From the NCBI RefSeq assembly GCF_016432865.1, contig NC_067398.1:657572001-657636000 (forward strand): a DNA stretch of 64,000 nt, given 5' to 3'. A program made the position numbers and the translations under genes. The stretch is from Antechinus flavipes. Taxonomy: Eukaryota. Every line of letters begins with the position of its first letter. The first letter of the stretch is position 1. Below the pieces are notes generated by a model, which had not been told where the DNA came from, searched no databases, and was given only the letters and a program-made list of their open reading frames with translations. Below are positions 12,001 through 27,000 of this stretch, in pieces.

Positions 12001-15000
12001 AAAGTTACTTAATTGCTGTTTGCCTCAGTTTCATCATATATAAAATGGGAATAATAAGAGTATCTCCTTCCCAAGGTTGTCCAGGGGATCAAATGACCTA
12101 ATATTTATAAAAATGCTTGGCACAGTACCTGGCACATAGTAGCTATTTAATATGTGATTATTTAATTAATGTTATCTAATAATATTTAAAATTTTTATTG
12201 CTTAATGCTTATTAAATCTAAATCTAAAATCATTGGCAACCTTCTTATAGCGCCCAGATCTATAGTTACTTTGATGTGGTGTCCCTCAAAAGGAACTTAC
12301 ACCCACATCTACCACATATATAGATGACCAAGTCACAAGTTCCCTTATAGGGAAGAGGGGCCTTAACATCAAAAAATTTCTATGTCCAGAGCACCCTCTT
12401 TCCAGACCTAAGAACTATCCTAAGTCCTTCAGGAACCAGGGACAGGAACAAAATGACTTGGGATTTCTCAGAAACATTTAATACCCAGAGGAAGGCAGAA
12501 AATCCTTCTTTTCTGTTCTTACCTCCTCTTGGACCTGTAAGCAGGACTACTCCAGTCTCCCTGATTCCTGCCAATTGCTTGGCTTATACCTCCCCTGTCC
12601 CCAATTTTTCACCTTCTTCCTCTTCCTTGCCTTTGAATGGAGGCACTTCCCAGATTTCCTTCTCAGGCTCTCTTCTCATCCTCCTGCCCTCCTCACTTCA
12701 TTTCCCTGCTAGGTACACAAATGACTCCCACCTGAACTCCAGCCTTCTATTTTCACCAACCTGCTGCACATAGCCACCTAGACAGGCCCATAAGACTTAG
12801 GTTTATCTATCCCCCTCATTTTACAGATGGAGAAACTGAGGCTCAGAAAAGAGGGCATTTGCCAAGGTCTCACAGGCAATTATTGGAAAGACTTTTAATC
12901 CAGCAGTCTTTCCACTGTGCACACTGATATCCAATGCACCCTATACATGTCTTGTTTATACATAGTTGTTTGCATGTTCTCTCTCCTCCCTCATAAGACT
13001 ATCAATAATCTGAGAAGAGAAATTGTCTTTTGCCTTTCTTAAGTACAGTGTCTGGCACATAGTAGGGCAGGGGCTTTTTTGGAGGCAATCAGGGTGAAGT
13101 GACTTGCCCAGAGTCATCACACAACTAGTAAGTGTCTGAGACCAGATTTTAACTCAAGTTCTCCTGATTCCAGGACTGATGTTCTATTCACCGAACCACT
13201 TAGCTTCCCCCATAAAATAGATAATTTTTTTTGACTTGGTTTGATCCTATAATGTAGTTTTTTTCTCTTTTTTAATTTTTTAAAATCTTTTACTTTATTT
13301 TTCTTGAGGATTTTTTTAAGGGTAGGGTTTTCTTTCACAACATGACTTTTATGGAAATGTTTTGCATAACTTCATATGTGGTTTCTTAATGAGGGCGGGG
13401 GTTGGGGATAAGGGAAAGAATCTGAAACCCAAAAAAAATTTTTAAAGAAATGCAAAAAATCATTTTAAATATAACTGGAGGGAAATACTAAATAAATAAT
13501 TGGATATTAAAAATTTAACAATAAAAGTAAAAAAAGAAAAACCTGGAGTGGGGAAGAAATGAGGCTTTTATCAGAAATACTGGCTAAAAAAATGTTTACT
13601 AGCTTTCTGCTTCCCATTTAATCTTGGCTACATCAGTTTTACTTGTACAAAAACTTTTTAATTTAATGTAATCAAAATTACTCATTTTGCATTTCATAAT
13701 GTTGTCTAATGATTCTTTGGTCACAAATTCCTCCCTTCTACACAGATCTGAAAGGTGGACTATCCCTTGCTCTCCTAATTTGTTTATAATATCATCCTTT
13801 ATGTCTAAATCATGAACCCATTTTGACCTTATCTTGGAATAGGGTGTTAAGTATTGGTCAGTGCCTAGTTTCTGTCATACCATTTTTCAATTTTCCCAGC
13901 AATTTTTGTCAAATAATTAGCTTTTATCCCAGAAGCTAAAGTCTTTGTGTTTATTAATACCAGATTATTATAGTCATTGACTATTATGTCTTGTGAACAT
14001 AACCTGTTCCACTGATCCACTACTCTATTTCTTAGTCAGTTCCAAATGGTTTTGATGATTGCCACTTCATAGCAGAGTTTTAGGTCTGGTCACTATAAGA
14101 TAGGCTGCCACTTTATAACAGACTTTTTGATCTGGTAAGGCTAGGTCACTATAAGATAGATATTACAGGTATTGTATTTTATAGATTGATAAATGAGGCT
14201 CAGAGATCCCAAGTAACTTGCTCAAGATTATACAGCCTGTTACTGTCCATGAGAGACAGGACTGTGAGACCAGTACTCTGGATACTTTGTCATGCTGAAT
14301 TTGAGATAAAAAGAATGAACAAGTGAATGGATGAAGGGAGAATGGGGCAGAAAAGTTGGATTGGAGAGCCTTGGTAGGACTTAAAGAAAGGAAGGTCTAA
14401 GCTCACCTCCAAGTTGATAAAAATGATCTCAATGTCTTCTGGTCTTAGGAATCGCTGCAGAGGCTTCAGGAAGTGCTAGAGGTTAGAGAAGAGAGAAATG
14501 AGCTTGAAGAAAAGGAAAGGATCCCCCAGCCAGGCCACAAGACATGCCCTAGGCTGGCTGCCCACCTGCTGGATTGAGCTGAGAGTGTCAGTATATTTCT
14601 CTTCTGTCTGCTGGATCTCCCGGAGACAACAGGCCTTCTTGTCCAGCTCCGTCATCTTTGGCTGAGAAAGAGAGGAGGAACACATACGTTTTAGAGGTCC
14701 TTGCAGGAACAGCCCCAGGGGTCATTCATCAGCCCCTTCCCATATCCAGGATCATCACCACAATCCACCCCCCCCCCAACTTACCAGCATGGGTGCGGGT
14801 TCTGTTCGCATGAGATCTTCATAGATCTCATCCCCCTCTGCTTCTTCATTCTCCACACAGTCATAAAGGTCCTCATCTTCCTCCACAGTGTCACTTAGGA
14901 GAAGGCATGCTCATCATACATTATATCCCCTTTTCTCTGGTGCCCAAAGCCTAGGAATTAAAATGGTCCCACCAAAACACCTCCTCTGGGAAGCCTCCCT

Positions 15001-18000
15001 TGATGGTATCTCTGCCTTTCTCCTGTGCTTTTCAGCCCCCTACCCCAAAGGTAAAGCTGTTCCTGCTCTCTCTCTTTCTGTCAAAGAATAGAAAGAAGCC
15101 TCATCTCCAGCTTCTGAAAAAGCTTCCAGGTTTCTGATCCATCTCCCAGAGGGGGTCACTCACTCGATCTGATCTGACAGTCCACTGTAAATGTCATCAT
15201 CCCCAAAGTTGTCTTCATCTGTGGGGAAGGGCCTGGGGAGGAGAGAGGCAGAATTGGGAAGAGAAGGATGGGGAACCTTTCCTGGGCAACGAACTGGCGT
15301 TTTGAGCCCTTCTCAGGGCTCATCGTCATTATTATTCACATTTATAGGCATTGTAAAGTGTGGTAAAAATCCTGTGTGTACATTGGTCTCTACCACAGGA
15401 CAAGAAGATAGCAGTCAGAGGAACAAAAATGGAAGGGCTAGGTAATGGGGGAAGGGGCAAGAGGAGAGAGTTAGAAGCATGGAAAGTACAAGAAAAACTC
15501 ACATGATCCCCTTGTTCTGGGCAATTGTTGTCCATGATAGAGCCGACAAGGTATAGATTACCTGAACATGAAAAAAGACTCAGAAATTGGGACCAAGGTG
15601 GTAACCACCCTTTGCATGGCATCATGAATTCAGATAAGCCTGAGTTTAAGCCCAGGCTCCCCTAGAACCTTAATTTCAGTACTCCAATATTCTGATTTTT
15701 GTAAATCCCAGAATTTCAGCTTCTTAGTCCGTAGTTTTATACTTCCAAGATTCCAAGAGCCTGGGATTTTAAAATTCTATGAATTTGGGTATTGAATGTT
15801 CCAGGATTTCCAGGTTCTAAGCTTCCAGAACTGCCAGAGTCCCCAAGCCAGTTATCCATTAACTTTTCACCAGTAGACAAAGCTGTAAAAACCCTGGAGA
15901 CATATAATTTGCATCTCCATTCCCAAAGTGCAGCAATCCTTGGCAAGGACTTGCTGTGCCAACCCTTTCTCTTTTCCTCCTTTCCTAATAAGTCACTAAA
16001 CGTCCAAGTTCAAATCCCCCTTCTTCATGAAAGCCTTCCTAACTGAACATCTCTCCCTCCAACCTATCCCTCCAAGTCTCTGATGCTTCCTTTACTAAGA
16101 GTTGCTTTTACCAGATCCTTCCAATTTATTTAATCAGTGACTTCTTTTTCTCCCACCTTCCCCTTCTCCTTAATTAATTTAAGGAAATCTGTTTTCTCTT
16201 CCCTATATCATCCCTAAGATAATATCCCGCAGATTGGATTCTCTCCACTCATACATAGTAGGTAGACTTGTGGTTTATACAATTCAATTTTTTTACCCTG
16301 TCATTTTGCAACTTTGGCCACTCCCCACCCATACACATATACATTGGCCAGTTTCTTTCGAAGTTTGGGATCTTGGGTTTTCACTTGGAGGAGTCAGAGA
16401 GCAGTCAACATTAGTGATCTTTAGATGGTTTCTGATATTTTTTCTAACTCTAAATCCTGGATTCTAGTTCAGCCTTCTTGCTCCTAGAAAGAGGATGATA
16501 GGTCCCAGTGTGGGGCAAGGAGAGACAGCTATTTAAAGGACTGACCTTCCCAAAGTCCTGTACATCAAAAAGGTCAAAGACCTCAAACAGCTGATTTCTG
16601 CGGAGCCCAAACTTCTCACAGCAGGCCGCCAGGAAGGTGCGGATGTTCTTGAGGCAAAGGAACTGGAAGACAGAGAGGAGCAAAGGGAATGATGTTACCC
16701 CCATCCTCTCCATCCTACCCCCAGATCAGCAGCAAGGCTCTTTTCTCAGCAAGATCTTGGCCCACATGCACATAAATATTCACAGAACATTTCATGCTGT
16801 GTCAAGGAACTGGAAACTAAATAAGCATCCTTCAATTGGAGAAACGCTAAGCAAATTATAGCACCTGGATGAAACAGAATACCATTGTGCTCTAAGAAAT
16901 GACAAAAGGGAGAGATTCAGAGAAACCTGGGAGGACACGTGGAACCAAAACAATTCATACAATGACGGTAAAAATGTAAAGTTAAGCAAAAAAATATTTT
17001 TGAAACTTTAAACTGGGAGCATGAAATGCCCAAAGAAGGTTCACACAAGCACCCACAGAGGAAGCATGCTCCCCAACTCCTGAGAGAGGAGTGATGGATA
17101 GGTTAGGGACTCATGGAGGGACAAAAGGGACAGACATTTCTGGACGAAGTCAACATGAGGATTTGTTTTGCATGAGTGTATTTGTTATGAGGGAGAACAT
17201 CTAAATGGCTGAGAGGAGGTGGAGCTGGTAGCTAGTGACAGTGATATACACCAAAAAAGAAGAAATGAAAGAATGATGAAACAAAAAATGTTCCAAAGAA
17301 AGCAGAAGGAAATAGACAAGCAGGGTAGTTTTGTTATTATTGTGTTCAACTTAATAATAATAATAATATCATATAATATATTTATGTATAATATATTAAT
17401 AATAGCTAATATTTATCATGTTTACTCTGCACTAGACATTATACTAAGTATTTCACAAATATTATCTTATTTAATCCTCAAAATACCGCATAGAGGTAAG
17501 TGCTATTATTATTCACATTTTACAGTTGAAGAAACTGAGATAAAGAAAGGTTAAAATGACTTTTCCAAGTGTCATGTGGCTATTAGGCATCTGAGGCTGG
17601 ATTTGAAGTCAGGTTTCCCTGAATCGAAGTCCAACACTCCATCCATAATCCACCTTGCTGACAGATAAAAACCTTAATACATGGTTTCTTTAAAAAAACA
17701 GACCATAGGGGCAGCTAGTGGAGCAGTGAATAGAGCACCAGCCCTGAAGTCAGGAGGACCTGAGTTCAAATTTAATCTCAGACACTTAACACTTCCTGGC
17801 TGTGTGACCCTGGGCAAGTCACTTAACCCCAATTGCCTCGGCAAATAAATAAATAAGAAAATGAATGAATGAATGAATAAAAAACAGACTATAGTCTACA
17901 CAGATAGATTCGCATATAATTCTTTTTTCTGTTCTTTGCATATCAAAATGTTCGTGTTTATAAGTTCATAACAAAAAATTATTTTACAATAAAAATTCAG

Positions 18001-21000
18001 GTGAAAAGGCTTCCTGTATCAAGAGTCACCTTTTGAGAACTCTGGCTCCATGCTCAAGCACCTCTGAATCATCCTTGTATCTCATCTCTCAGTCACTCCT
18101 AAATCTGGACAATCGCCAAATTCTGGCTCCCTAGAATCTCTGACTTCTGTCTCAAGCAAGCCCTTGGTACCTTTTACTTGGACTACTGCCTCCTCATTAG
18201 AATTCTTACTTCCAATGCCTTTCCTCTCCAAGGCATCCTCAGATGCCAAAGTATTCTTCTTAAAATACAAGTCTGACCATGTCATTGCTCTGATCAAGAA
18301 ATTCTCTCTGATCAGTGGCACCCAATTCCCTATGGGATCAAAGGTGACTCCTCTACTTGGCATTTAAAAAATATACAACCTAGGGACACCTAGATGGCAC
18401 AGTGAATAGAGCACCTGAAGTCAGGAGGACCTGAGTTCAAATCTGACCTCAGACACTTAATACTTCCTAGCTGTGTGACCCTGGGCAAGTCACTTAACCC
18501 CAATAGCCTGGGGAGGGGGAGAGGAATACACAACCTAGATCCAACCTACTTTTCCTGATTTATTGTATATTCCTCTTCACTCACTGAAACATGGAACATT
18601 CCATCTCCTCTCTGTGCGCCTTTGCATTATTAGCTGGTTCCCCATGACCAGATCATCCACCCTCCTTTCCACTGTCTCTTAGAACCAACTGTTTCTTTAA
18701 AATTCCACATATATACCATCCTCTCCGCACCCTTCTTGATCTACTGCTCAGCCCCAAAGGGAAAGCACCCCCATTAAATGGCTTTGTATTTTTTAATGTA
18801 TTTATAGAAGAGACAATATGGTCTATTCACCAACACAGCAGTCTGTTTCATTAACACTTTTCCCTTCCTTTTCTTAAGTCTAGATGATCAACAAAACAAT
18901 ACATCAAGCCCTGTTTTTTTTAATCATGATTAGATTTCCAAAAATCTAACAACTCCTCTTGTCTTGACCTTCTGTCTGACCTTCTGGATCTAGGGGAGCC
19001 TCAGTTAACTTATTTAGCATCTCAGAACTTGAAGTAATTATCCCCTCCCTGGGAGTTCTCTTACCAATGATGTAGACAAAAAAAAAAAAAAAAAAAAAAA
19101 GGTCAAAAGACATGTCTGTGTGTTTGTGTAGACACAGTTTGGGCTTCTACTTCCTCCTCCCTAGACAGACTGGTGGGTCTCATTCCCAGGGACTTCCCAT
19201 ATTGGTATTCTTAGTGTGGACACTGATCAGCTTTATCCCTGCTAGATCTCAGAACTCCCAAACTCAAGGGATCCTCCAGCCTTAACCTCCCAAGTAACAG
19301 GGATGAGAGGAGAAGAGGAAAGAAAAGAAGAAGGAAGATAGGAAAGAGGAGAGGGAAGAAGAGGAATGAGGGGAAGGAGAAGAAATGAGAAGGAGAAAGA
19401 GAGAGAGACAGACAGACAGAGAGACAGAGACATAGACAGAGGAAGAAGAAGTGGAGGAAAAGAAAGAAGAGAAGGAAAAAAAGAGGAGGAGGAAGTAGAA
19501 GAAAAGAAGGAGGAGAAAGAGGAGGAGAAAGAGAGGAGAAGAGGAGGAAGAAGAAGAAGAGGAGGAAGGAAGAAAAAGAGGAGGAAAAAAGAAGAAAAAG
19601 AGGAAGAAGAAGAAGAAGAGGAGGAAGAGAAAGAGGAGGAGGAGGAGGAAGAAAAGAGAGAAAAGAGGTAAGAGAAAAGATAGGAGAAAGAGGCTGGGGA
19701 AGTTCCTCCTTGACCTCTGGAAGATCAGCTGATGGTCAAAGGCTTTTACCCTCAGTCCTATGACAAGAGACTATGACTCAAGACTGGGGGCTCCCCGGCA
19801 CTGCGGGAGGGATCTGGCTTAAACCACAGGATAGACTTTCTCACTAGCTCTCCCCAGGGTGAGGGTGGAAGGGACCTCAGCCAGATTCCACAAGGGGAGG
19901 AAAGAGGAATAGCCTTCTTCCTTGCAAGCTCAGCCACCTCCCAGGTTTGGTTCTGGGCTGAGGAAAGGGATGGCCCACCCCAGAGAATATGCCCCAAACC
20001 TAGTGGGGGGAAGGAGGGCACCCATTCACTCCCCTCCAACCACCGCCCTTGGGAGCAAGGCCGGAAACAGGAAATGACAGCCCAGAATAGGCCCTGCCTA
20101 AGGGGGAGGCCCCTTTCCGCCCCTAAACCCCCTGCTGTTACTGTCTCCCTCCTTGGCCACCAATACGGCCCAGCTGTCGGACCATAGCCACGGTGTGAGC
20201 TGTGCATCATGTCAACCTCACTACTGGACGCTGAATCTGTGATGCTCTGGTCCCACATTCTTTCGGCTCACTAATTCACATTTCATCAAATTAGTCCCTT
20301 AAAGAATCCTAGAATCTCTGGGCTCTCAAGACCCTCAGGATCCCAGGTCCAACCTCCTTCCACAAAGCAGGAATCCCCCCCATAACTTTCTGGAAGAAGG
20401 GCATCCATCTCTTTCCTGCTTGGACACCTTGAGGGGCTCATTACCTCCCAAGGCAGCTCGTCCCATTTTAACTACTGATATTATTTATAATAATGTTAAT
20501 ATAGCACTTACATCACAATAACTTTGTAAGAGTATTGGTGTCCTAGTTGCATATGGGGAAACCAAGGCTCAACAAAGCTTTGCCCTAAATCACTCCAGTT
20601 CAATTAAATGAGGTTATAGGCCTTCTGGTAAGTACTGGGAATGGATTCACAAAAAGGTGGTTATGGACTTGAAACTTGTGTTCTACTAAGGAGATAAAAT
20701 GTACATCCTGATCAATAAATACAAAAATATAGAGAAAATAATTTCAATGTTACAGCAAAAAACAAACTTGTCTTGAAAGAAAGGCTATAAGAAACCACTT
20801 CCTTATCCTTCTTTACAGAGGCAGGGGCCTATGGATGTGTTATAATATAGAGAGTTAATTTGGGGGAGTATATTGATTGATTTTGCTGTTTTTACCCCTT
20901 TTCCTTTTTCTCTTTTAAACTAAATTCTTTGTTATACATCATGGCTCTTTGGGAGGTGGAGAGGAAAAGGTACAAAGGATAATTTAGGTGATGTAAAAAT

Positions 21001-24000
21001 GAAAGACATCAAGAAAATTTTATTTTAAAAAAAAATCATTCTAGAAGGGAAGAAATAATAATTAGAAGGTTTAAAGTCATAGGGTTAAAAAATAGCAATC
21101 ACAAAACCTCCTCATTACAGGACCAAGTATCTTTTCATTAGACAAGTTAATCTAACCAAAGACAGTTTTGATTCCTCCTCCATATGGCTGCCAAACTAAT
21201 ATTCCTAAAGTTCACATCACTCCCCTACTCATAAACTTCAATAACTCCCTGTTGCCTTCAGGATAAAATATTAACTCCTCTCTTTGATAGTTAAAGCCCT
21301 TTGTAGTCTGGCTCTAGCCAATTTTTCATATAATGTAGGTTCTGCATGTGTAGTCAAGGGACCTCTGGTCGTCCCTGGGGGATGGTAAAGGAGGTCAAAA
21401 CAATTTTCATAATAATAATAGGATGGTTTTTGTCTATTAAAATATTTCTCCCTGGTCCTACTACATATCTGTGTGAGACCAGATTTTCTGTAGATTTTTC
21501 AACCAAAACAACATTGCAATAGACTGAATACAAACACAGAGACAAGAATATAGTTGCTTTCTATCATCAGACATTAGAGATATTTTAAAATTTTTTTCAT
21601 TAAAGCTTTTTTATTTTCAAAACATATGCATAGATAATTTTTCAACATTCACCCTTGCAAAACCTTTTTTTCCAAATTTCCCTTCCTTACCGCATCTCCT
21701 CCCTTATATGGCAAATAATCCAATATTTGTTAAACATGTTAAAATAGAAGACATTAGAGAGTTTTCCAAAATATGTCAAACGCTATCACTCTTCTTCTTA
21801 AGGCAGCTGGCGGCATAGTGGATAAAGGGTTAGAACTGGGGTCAGGAAGACCTGAGTTCAAATATGGGTTCATAATAGATATTATATGGCTGGCACATAG
21901 TAGGCCCTAAAAAAGTTAGTACTCTCTTTCTCCCTAATATTTTCCTGTTTTTCTTTCTTTCTTTTTCTTCCCCTCTCTCCCCCCCACCCCAGGCAATTAG
22001 GGTTAAGTGACTTGCCCAAGGTCACACAGCTAGGAAGTGTTAAGAATCTGAGGCCAGATTTGAACTTGGGTCCTCCTGACTTCAGGGCTGGCACTCTATC
22101 CACTATACCATCTAGCTGCCCTGATATTTTTCCTGTCTTAAAAATATATATACTTTTTTTTTATTATTAAGAAAATGTTATTTCAACTTGTGATGGAGAG
22201 AGCCATCATCTATATCCAGAAAGAGTGACTATGGTACTGAATGTGGATTACAACATAGTATTTTCACCTTTTTTGTTAATTGTTTGCTTGGTTTTTTTCT
22301 CATTTTTTTCTTTTTGATCTTATTTTTCTTGTGCAGCATGATAAATGCAGAAATGTGTTTATAATTGCATGTGTTTAACCCATATTGGATTACTTGTTGT
22401 CTAACGGAAGGAGTAGGGGAAGAGGGAGAAAAATTTGAAACACAAGGTTTTGCAAGGGTGAATATTGAAAATTATCTTTGTATACATTTTGAAAATAAAA
22501 AGCTATTATAAAAAAAGAAAATGCTATTTCTATTATCAGTTATTTCAATGAATTAATATTTTATTGATCATCTTTATATTTTAATACAGCAAATATTAGT
22601 AGTCATAACCCACAACATAAACAAAAAAGTTCTTTAATAATTTAATTTAAGAATTTTTAAAGTCTAAAAAAGGTTCTGAGATCAAAAAGTTTGAGAACTA
22701 CTTGGCCCACTCTCTCTGGAGTCAGATTCTTTCTCTCGGACCTTAGGCCTCCTCCAGTTTGATTTTCTAGACTGTGAAATAAGAGGAATTATACTTTCAC
22801 TAGATAAACTCTGAGGTCCTTCTTGGTTCCAAAGCTAGGATACCAGGATCCTACATTACCCTCCCTCATAAAGTCTTCATTCCAGCCAAGCTGCCTGCTT
22901 GTTTCCCCCATTTGGGATCTTAGCAGCTCCCACTTTCCTGCCTTTCTATAGGCCTGGAATGTTCTCCCCCTAGGTTTACTTCTAGTCCCACATTCTGCAG
23001 ATCTTTCTAATCCACCAACAATTTTTCTTAAACTCTTCACTTCCTTTGCAGTTACACATTTGAGGACATGCTGGTTCCCTCAACCCCTCAAAAACATAAA
23101 CTCCATGAAGGCAAGCAGGGATTTTCTTGATTTTGTCTTTAAATCCAAAGACACTCCAAGCACTCTGCCTGGAAAATTGTAGGAATTTAATAAATGCTTA
23201 TTAAATTGAACTGTTTTTAAGATACTCTTTGAGATACAGTAAAAATTTGCCTGCTCCAGTTTCTCCTTATTAATTCTCATTGTCTCTTGGGACAAAGAAA
23301 AATAAATCATTTTCTATAGTCCTGAACAGGACCTGTGGGGAGAATGGGGAGGGAGTGTGTATTACAGATTTCTCTCTTTCTTGGTAGTTTTTCGGAAATT
23401 TAAAGATCTTCAGCCATTCACTCCCTAATATTTCAGGCCAACTCTTATCTGTAGAGTTAGCTTTTCCTCCCAACTTTCTAAGATCTACAAAAGCATTTCT
23501 TCAAGACCTTAGGCCTTCATGGATTTCAAAAACAAGAGTGAACCACACTACTAACTAGCATGGGACAAAGACAGACAAAGACTAATCCTTGCAATCAGAG
23601 GACCTGGGTTTGAATTCTGGTTCTGTTCCCTACTCCTTAGATGATTTTAAACAAGTCAATTTATCTTTCTGGACCTCAGTTTTGTAAACTGAGTCAGTTT
23701 ATTTCTCTGAGCTTCAACATTTGTAAAATCAGGAGATTGGTTTATGAAATCACTGTAAGTCCATTCCAGGTCTAAATCCTGTGCTTGCATTAAATATTCC
23801 TCAAATGTTCAACACTGAAATTCCTATCACTGATCTGCCATTCCTTTCTTTCAGTCTTGCTGAGAATTGATATAGTTGACATTCTTCCCCCACTACCCAC
23901 ATCCCCATCCCTCTTAAAAGCTCCTCTGTTTTCCTGGGTGTGGACATAGCTATACTGACCATTACCTTAGGCCAGTGGTTCTCATATTTTTTTTTTCTAC

Positions 24001-27000
24001 CTCATAGTACAATATTCTTCACTTAGGAGCAATCAAGTTATACTGAACAAGGAAATTAGCAATAAAAATCTTCCCAGGCCGTTGAGTTTCCAGACCTATG
24101 GTCTAGGCCCCAGCGGTTTTTTTCCCCCACCAATATTCAGTAGTTAATTTTTTTTAATTTTCAAAAGTATTTAATTTTTCAAATACATGTAAAGATAGTT
24201 TTCAACATTCATTTGTGTTCCGAATTTTTTCTCTCCCTCCCTTTAACTCCCCCTACCCAAGATAGCAAATAATCTGATAAAAGTTAAATACATGCAATTC
24301 TTTTAAACAAATTTCTATATTTGTCTTATTAAGCAAGAAAAATCAGACTAAAAAGAAAAAAAAAACAAAGAAAGGTGAAAATAGTATGTCTCCATATTTG
24401 GTCTCCATAGTTGTCTGGATGCAGACGGCATTTTCTATCCCAAGTCTATGGAATTTAGGCCCTAGTTTCTTAAACTAGTTTGCAACCTCATATAAAGTTT
24501 TGTAAATGAATGTGGGTGAGGTGGGGTTGCAAAATTATGATTTATTATCAGTAATTGTTTGATTTGTATGCCTATATACCCAGGATCACTTAAGAATTTC
24601 TTGGGCAAAAAGGAGTCATGAATGGAAAAAATTTAAAAAGCCCTGGTCTAGGCCTTAGGATGCTACCACTACTCCTTCCCCTTCTCTTCTACACTTCCCT
24701 AAGGGAGAAGGAGACTTTATGCAGCATATTGCTATTACTGTGACCTTCCCAAAGTCAAGCTAAGAAGAGCAGCTGGGGAGGAAGAGGGGGAGCAAGAGCT
24801 GGGGATTTCAAAGTACACCCTGAAAAACTCAAGACATGCTTTTTAAGAACCACTACTTAGCAACAATAGGGGAATGTTCATGGATATATAATTTCAGAAA
24901 ATTCACTTTATTTCTCAGTTGTTTTATCTATAAAATGGGATAATAATACCTGTACTACCACCTTCGGGAGATTACTGCAGGGAAAATGCATTATAAACTC
25001 TTACATGCTATAAGAAAGAAAATTGTTTTTATTATTCTGGTGCTGGTAGAACCTCTTTGGAACCATTTTGGCCCTCCCCCATTCACCAAAGAACGATATG
25101 GGTCAGAGTATATCTGTTACAGAATCTCTCCTGACTTCCCCATCTCTGTCTTACAGATTTAGCTTCCCTGGCCACAGGTTAAAACCACAGATCAAATCAC
25201 AGGATTTAGAGTTAAGAAAGGACTGAAGAAATAATCAAACCAAAAGAGTCCTAAAATGAAAGGCAGGATTTGAATTCAGCTCTTCTGCCTCTATTTTAGC
25301 ACTGTTACTACTGGTTTCCCTGAAGCAGCCTCTTTTCTTCCTCCAAATTTTCTCCCATCAGTTGATAGATCCTATGAGATCTCTTGAATCAGTCCCCTCC
25401 TCTTCATACTCCCTGCCTCTTCTCCAACCCAAGCCCTCTTTACTTCTACCCAAGACTAGTCTAAACGTCCTGGGGGGGGGAGGGTCTCCTCAAAGTCTCT
25501 GCTCTCCTTTCCCTTTTATCCCTATTGTAATAACCACAGCTAACGTTTATTTAACACTTTAAGGTTTGCAAAGCACTTTATATTAATTCATTTGGTCTGA
25601 GGAAGGTGATTTTATTGTCCCCACTCCTGTGTCTAGGATCCCACAGCTAATGTCACATTTGTGACTGGACTCTGTCCACTGCACCAGCCAGCTGCCTTTA
25701 TAGACAGGTAATTGCTTTCCTGAGGTCCCCAGGAGACCATAAAGGGTCACATCATTCCATTTCAGACCTGTTCGGGCCCCACAAACCCGGCCTCCTCTGA
25801 GTCCCCCCATGGTTGACTTCCTGGAACCCTCATACCGATCCCTGCTCTTCCTCCCAGGCTAAGTATCCCTGGGAAAACTAAGGGCAGATTCCAGGCTTCC
25901 CATCCCCTCCCAGAACATGGACATGGTGAAGAAGGTCTTGATCTCACCAAGGGGACCCAGAAGATCTGCTGACTGGAGGCGCCGCCTTGGGAAAGTTGCA
26001 GGCTACTAGATTGGGAGATAGATCTGAGTTCGAATCCTACCCAAACTATTTACAAGTGGGCAAAGACTCTTGGTCACTAGTTTTATTACATATAAATGGA
26101 AGAGTTAGACTAGTGATATCTTGGCGTCTTCCATCTGATGTTTGACACGGCTCAAATCCCTCCACTCCCTGTCTTCTGCCCTTCTGGACTCTGGTACCCA
26201 CAGACAGAGAAGAGAAGGGGAAAAGGAGTTCTTTTCCCATCAGAGTTTAGACAAAAGGAGTAATATGCAAATGACATGCAAATGAATGCAAATCTGCTCC
26301 TGCCAGTCTCTCTACACTACACTCATTGTGCATCCCTGGGGGGAAAAGGGGTGGGGAAAGAAGGGAAGAGGGAAAGGGCTGTTGCCAGGAGTCTGGTACT
26401 CCAAGGAAATTGGGGGAGACAGAACAAGAAGGCACTTGAGAGATCATCTAATCCAATATCTTCCCTTTGCAGATTAGAAATTGAGCCCCAGACAGGGCAA
26501 ACAGAATTCAAACCAGCATCTTCTAGCTCAACACCCAGTGGTCTTCTCAGAGCTCTGTATTTTCTGTCCAGGGTGAGATAAGAGGGCAGAGACTAAAAGA
26601 GGAGGAAGAGAAGGAGGAGAAAAGACAGAGGAACTAGTAACTGTCCCAGACTAACCCATCACCAAGCCTGGGAAAACCCCATCGACCCTCAAGGCTCTTC
26701 TCTGCCCTCACTTTATCATTCACTTCCCTTTTTCACTCAGCCCTCCCCAGGAAGCTTGTCCAGATTACTCCCTCAGCTCCCACTGCTGTGTACAAATGGC
26801 TTCATCCTAACTTCTCTTCCACCGAGCTTCAAAGTCTGGAGCCCTGGAAAATGACGTCTACATGGAGATGGGGCCTGTGTCTTCTTGCTTAAACCTAATT
26901 TATGGGGGACTCAGAGCCTCCATCTCCCTCTGGAAAGAAGCCATAATTTCTTTTCCTCGCTTCTGGAGATGGCAGACCACCCCTTGAAGAGCCAGATGTC

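Noticed and set aside
19366-19671. 101-aa Glu/Arg/Lys-rich ORF
   Set aside because: By-product of the GA-rich simple repeat; no splice or Kozak support.
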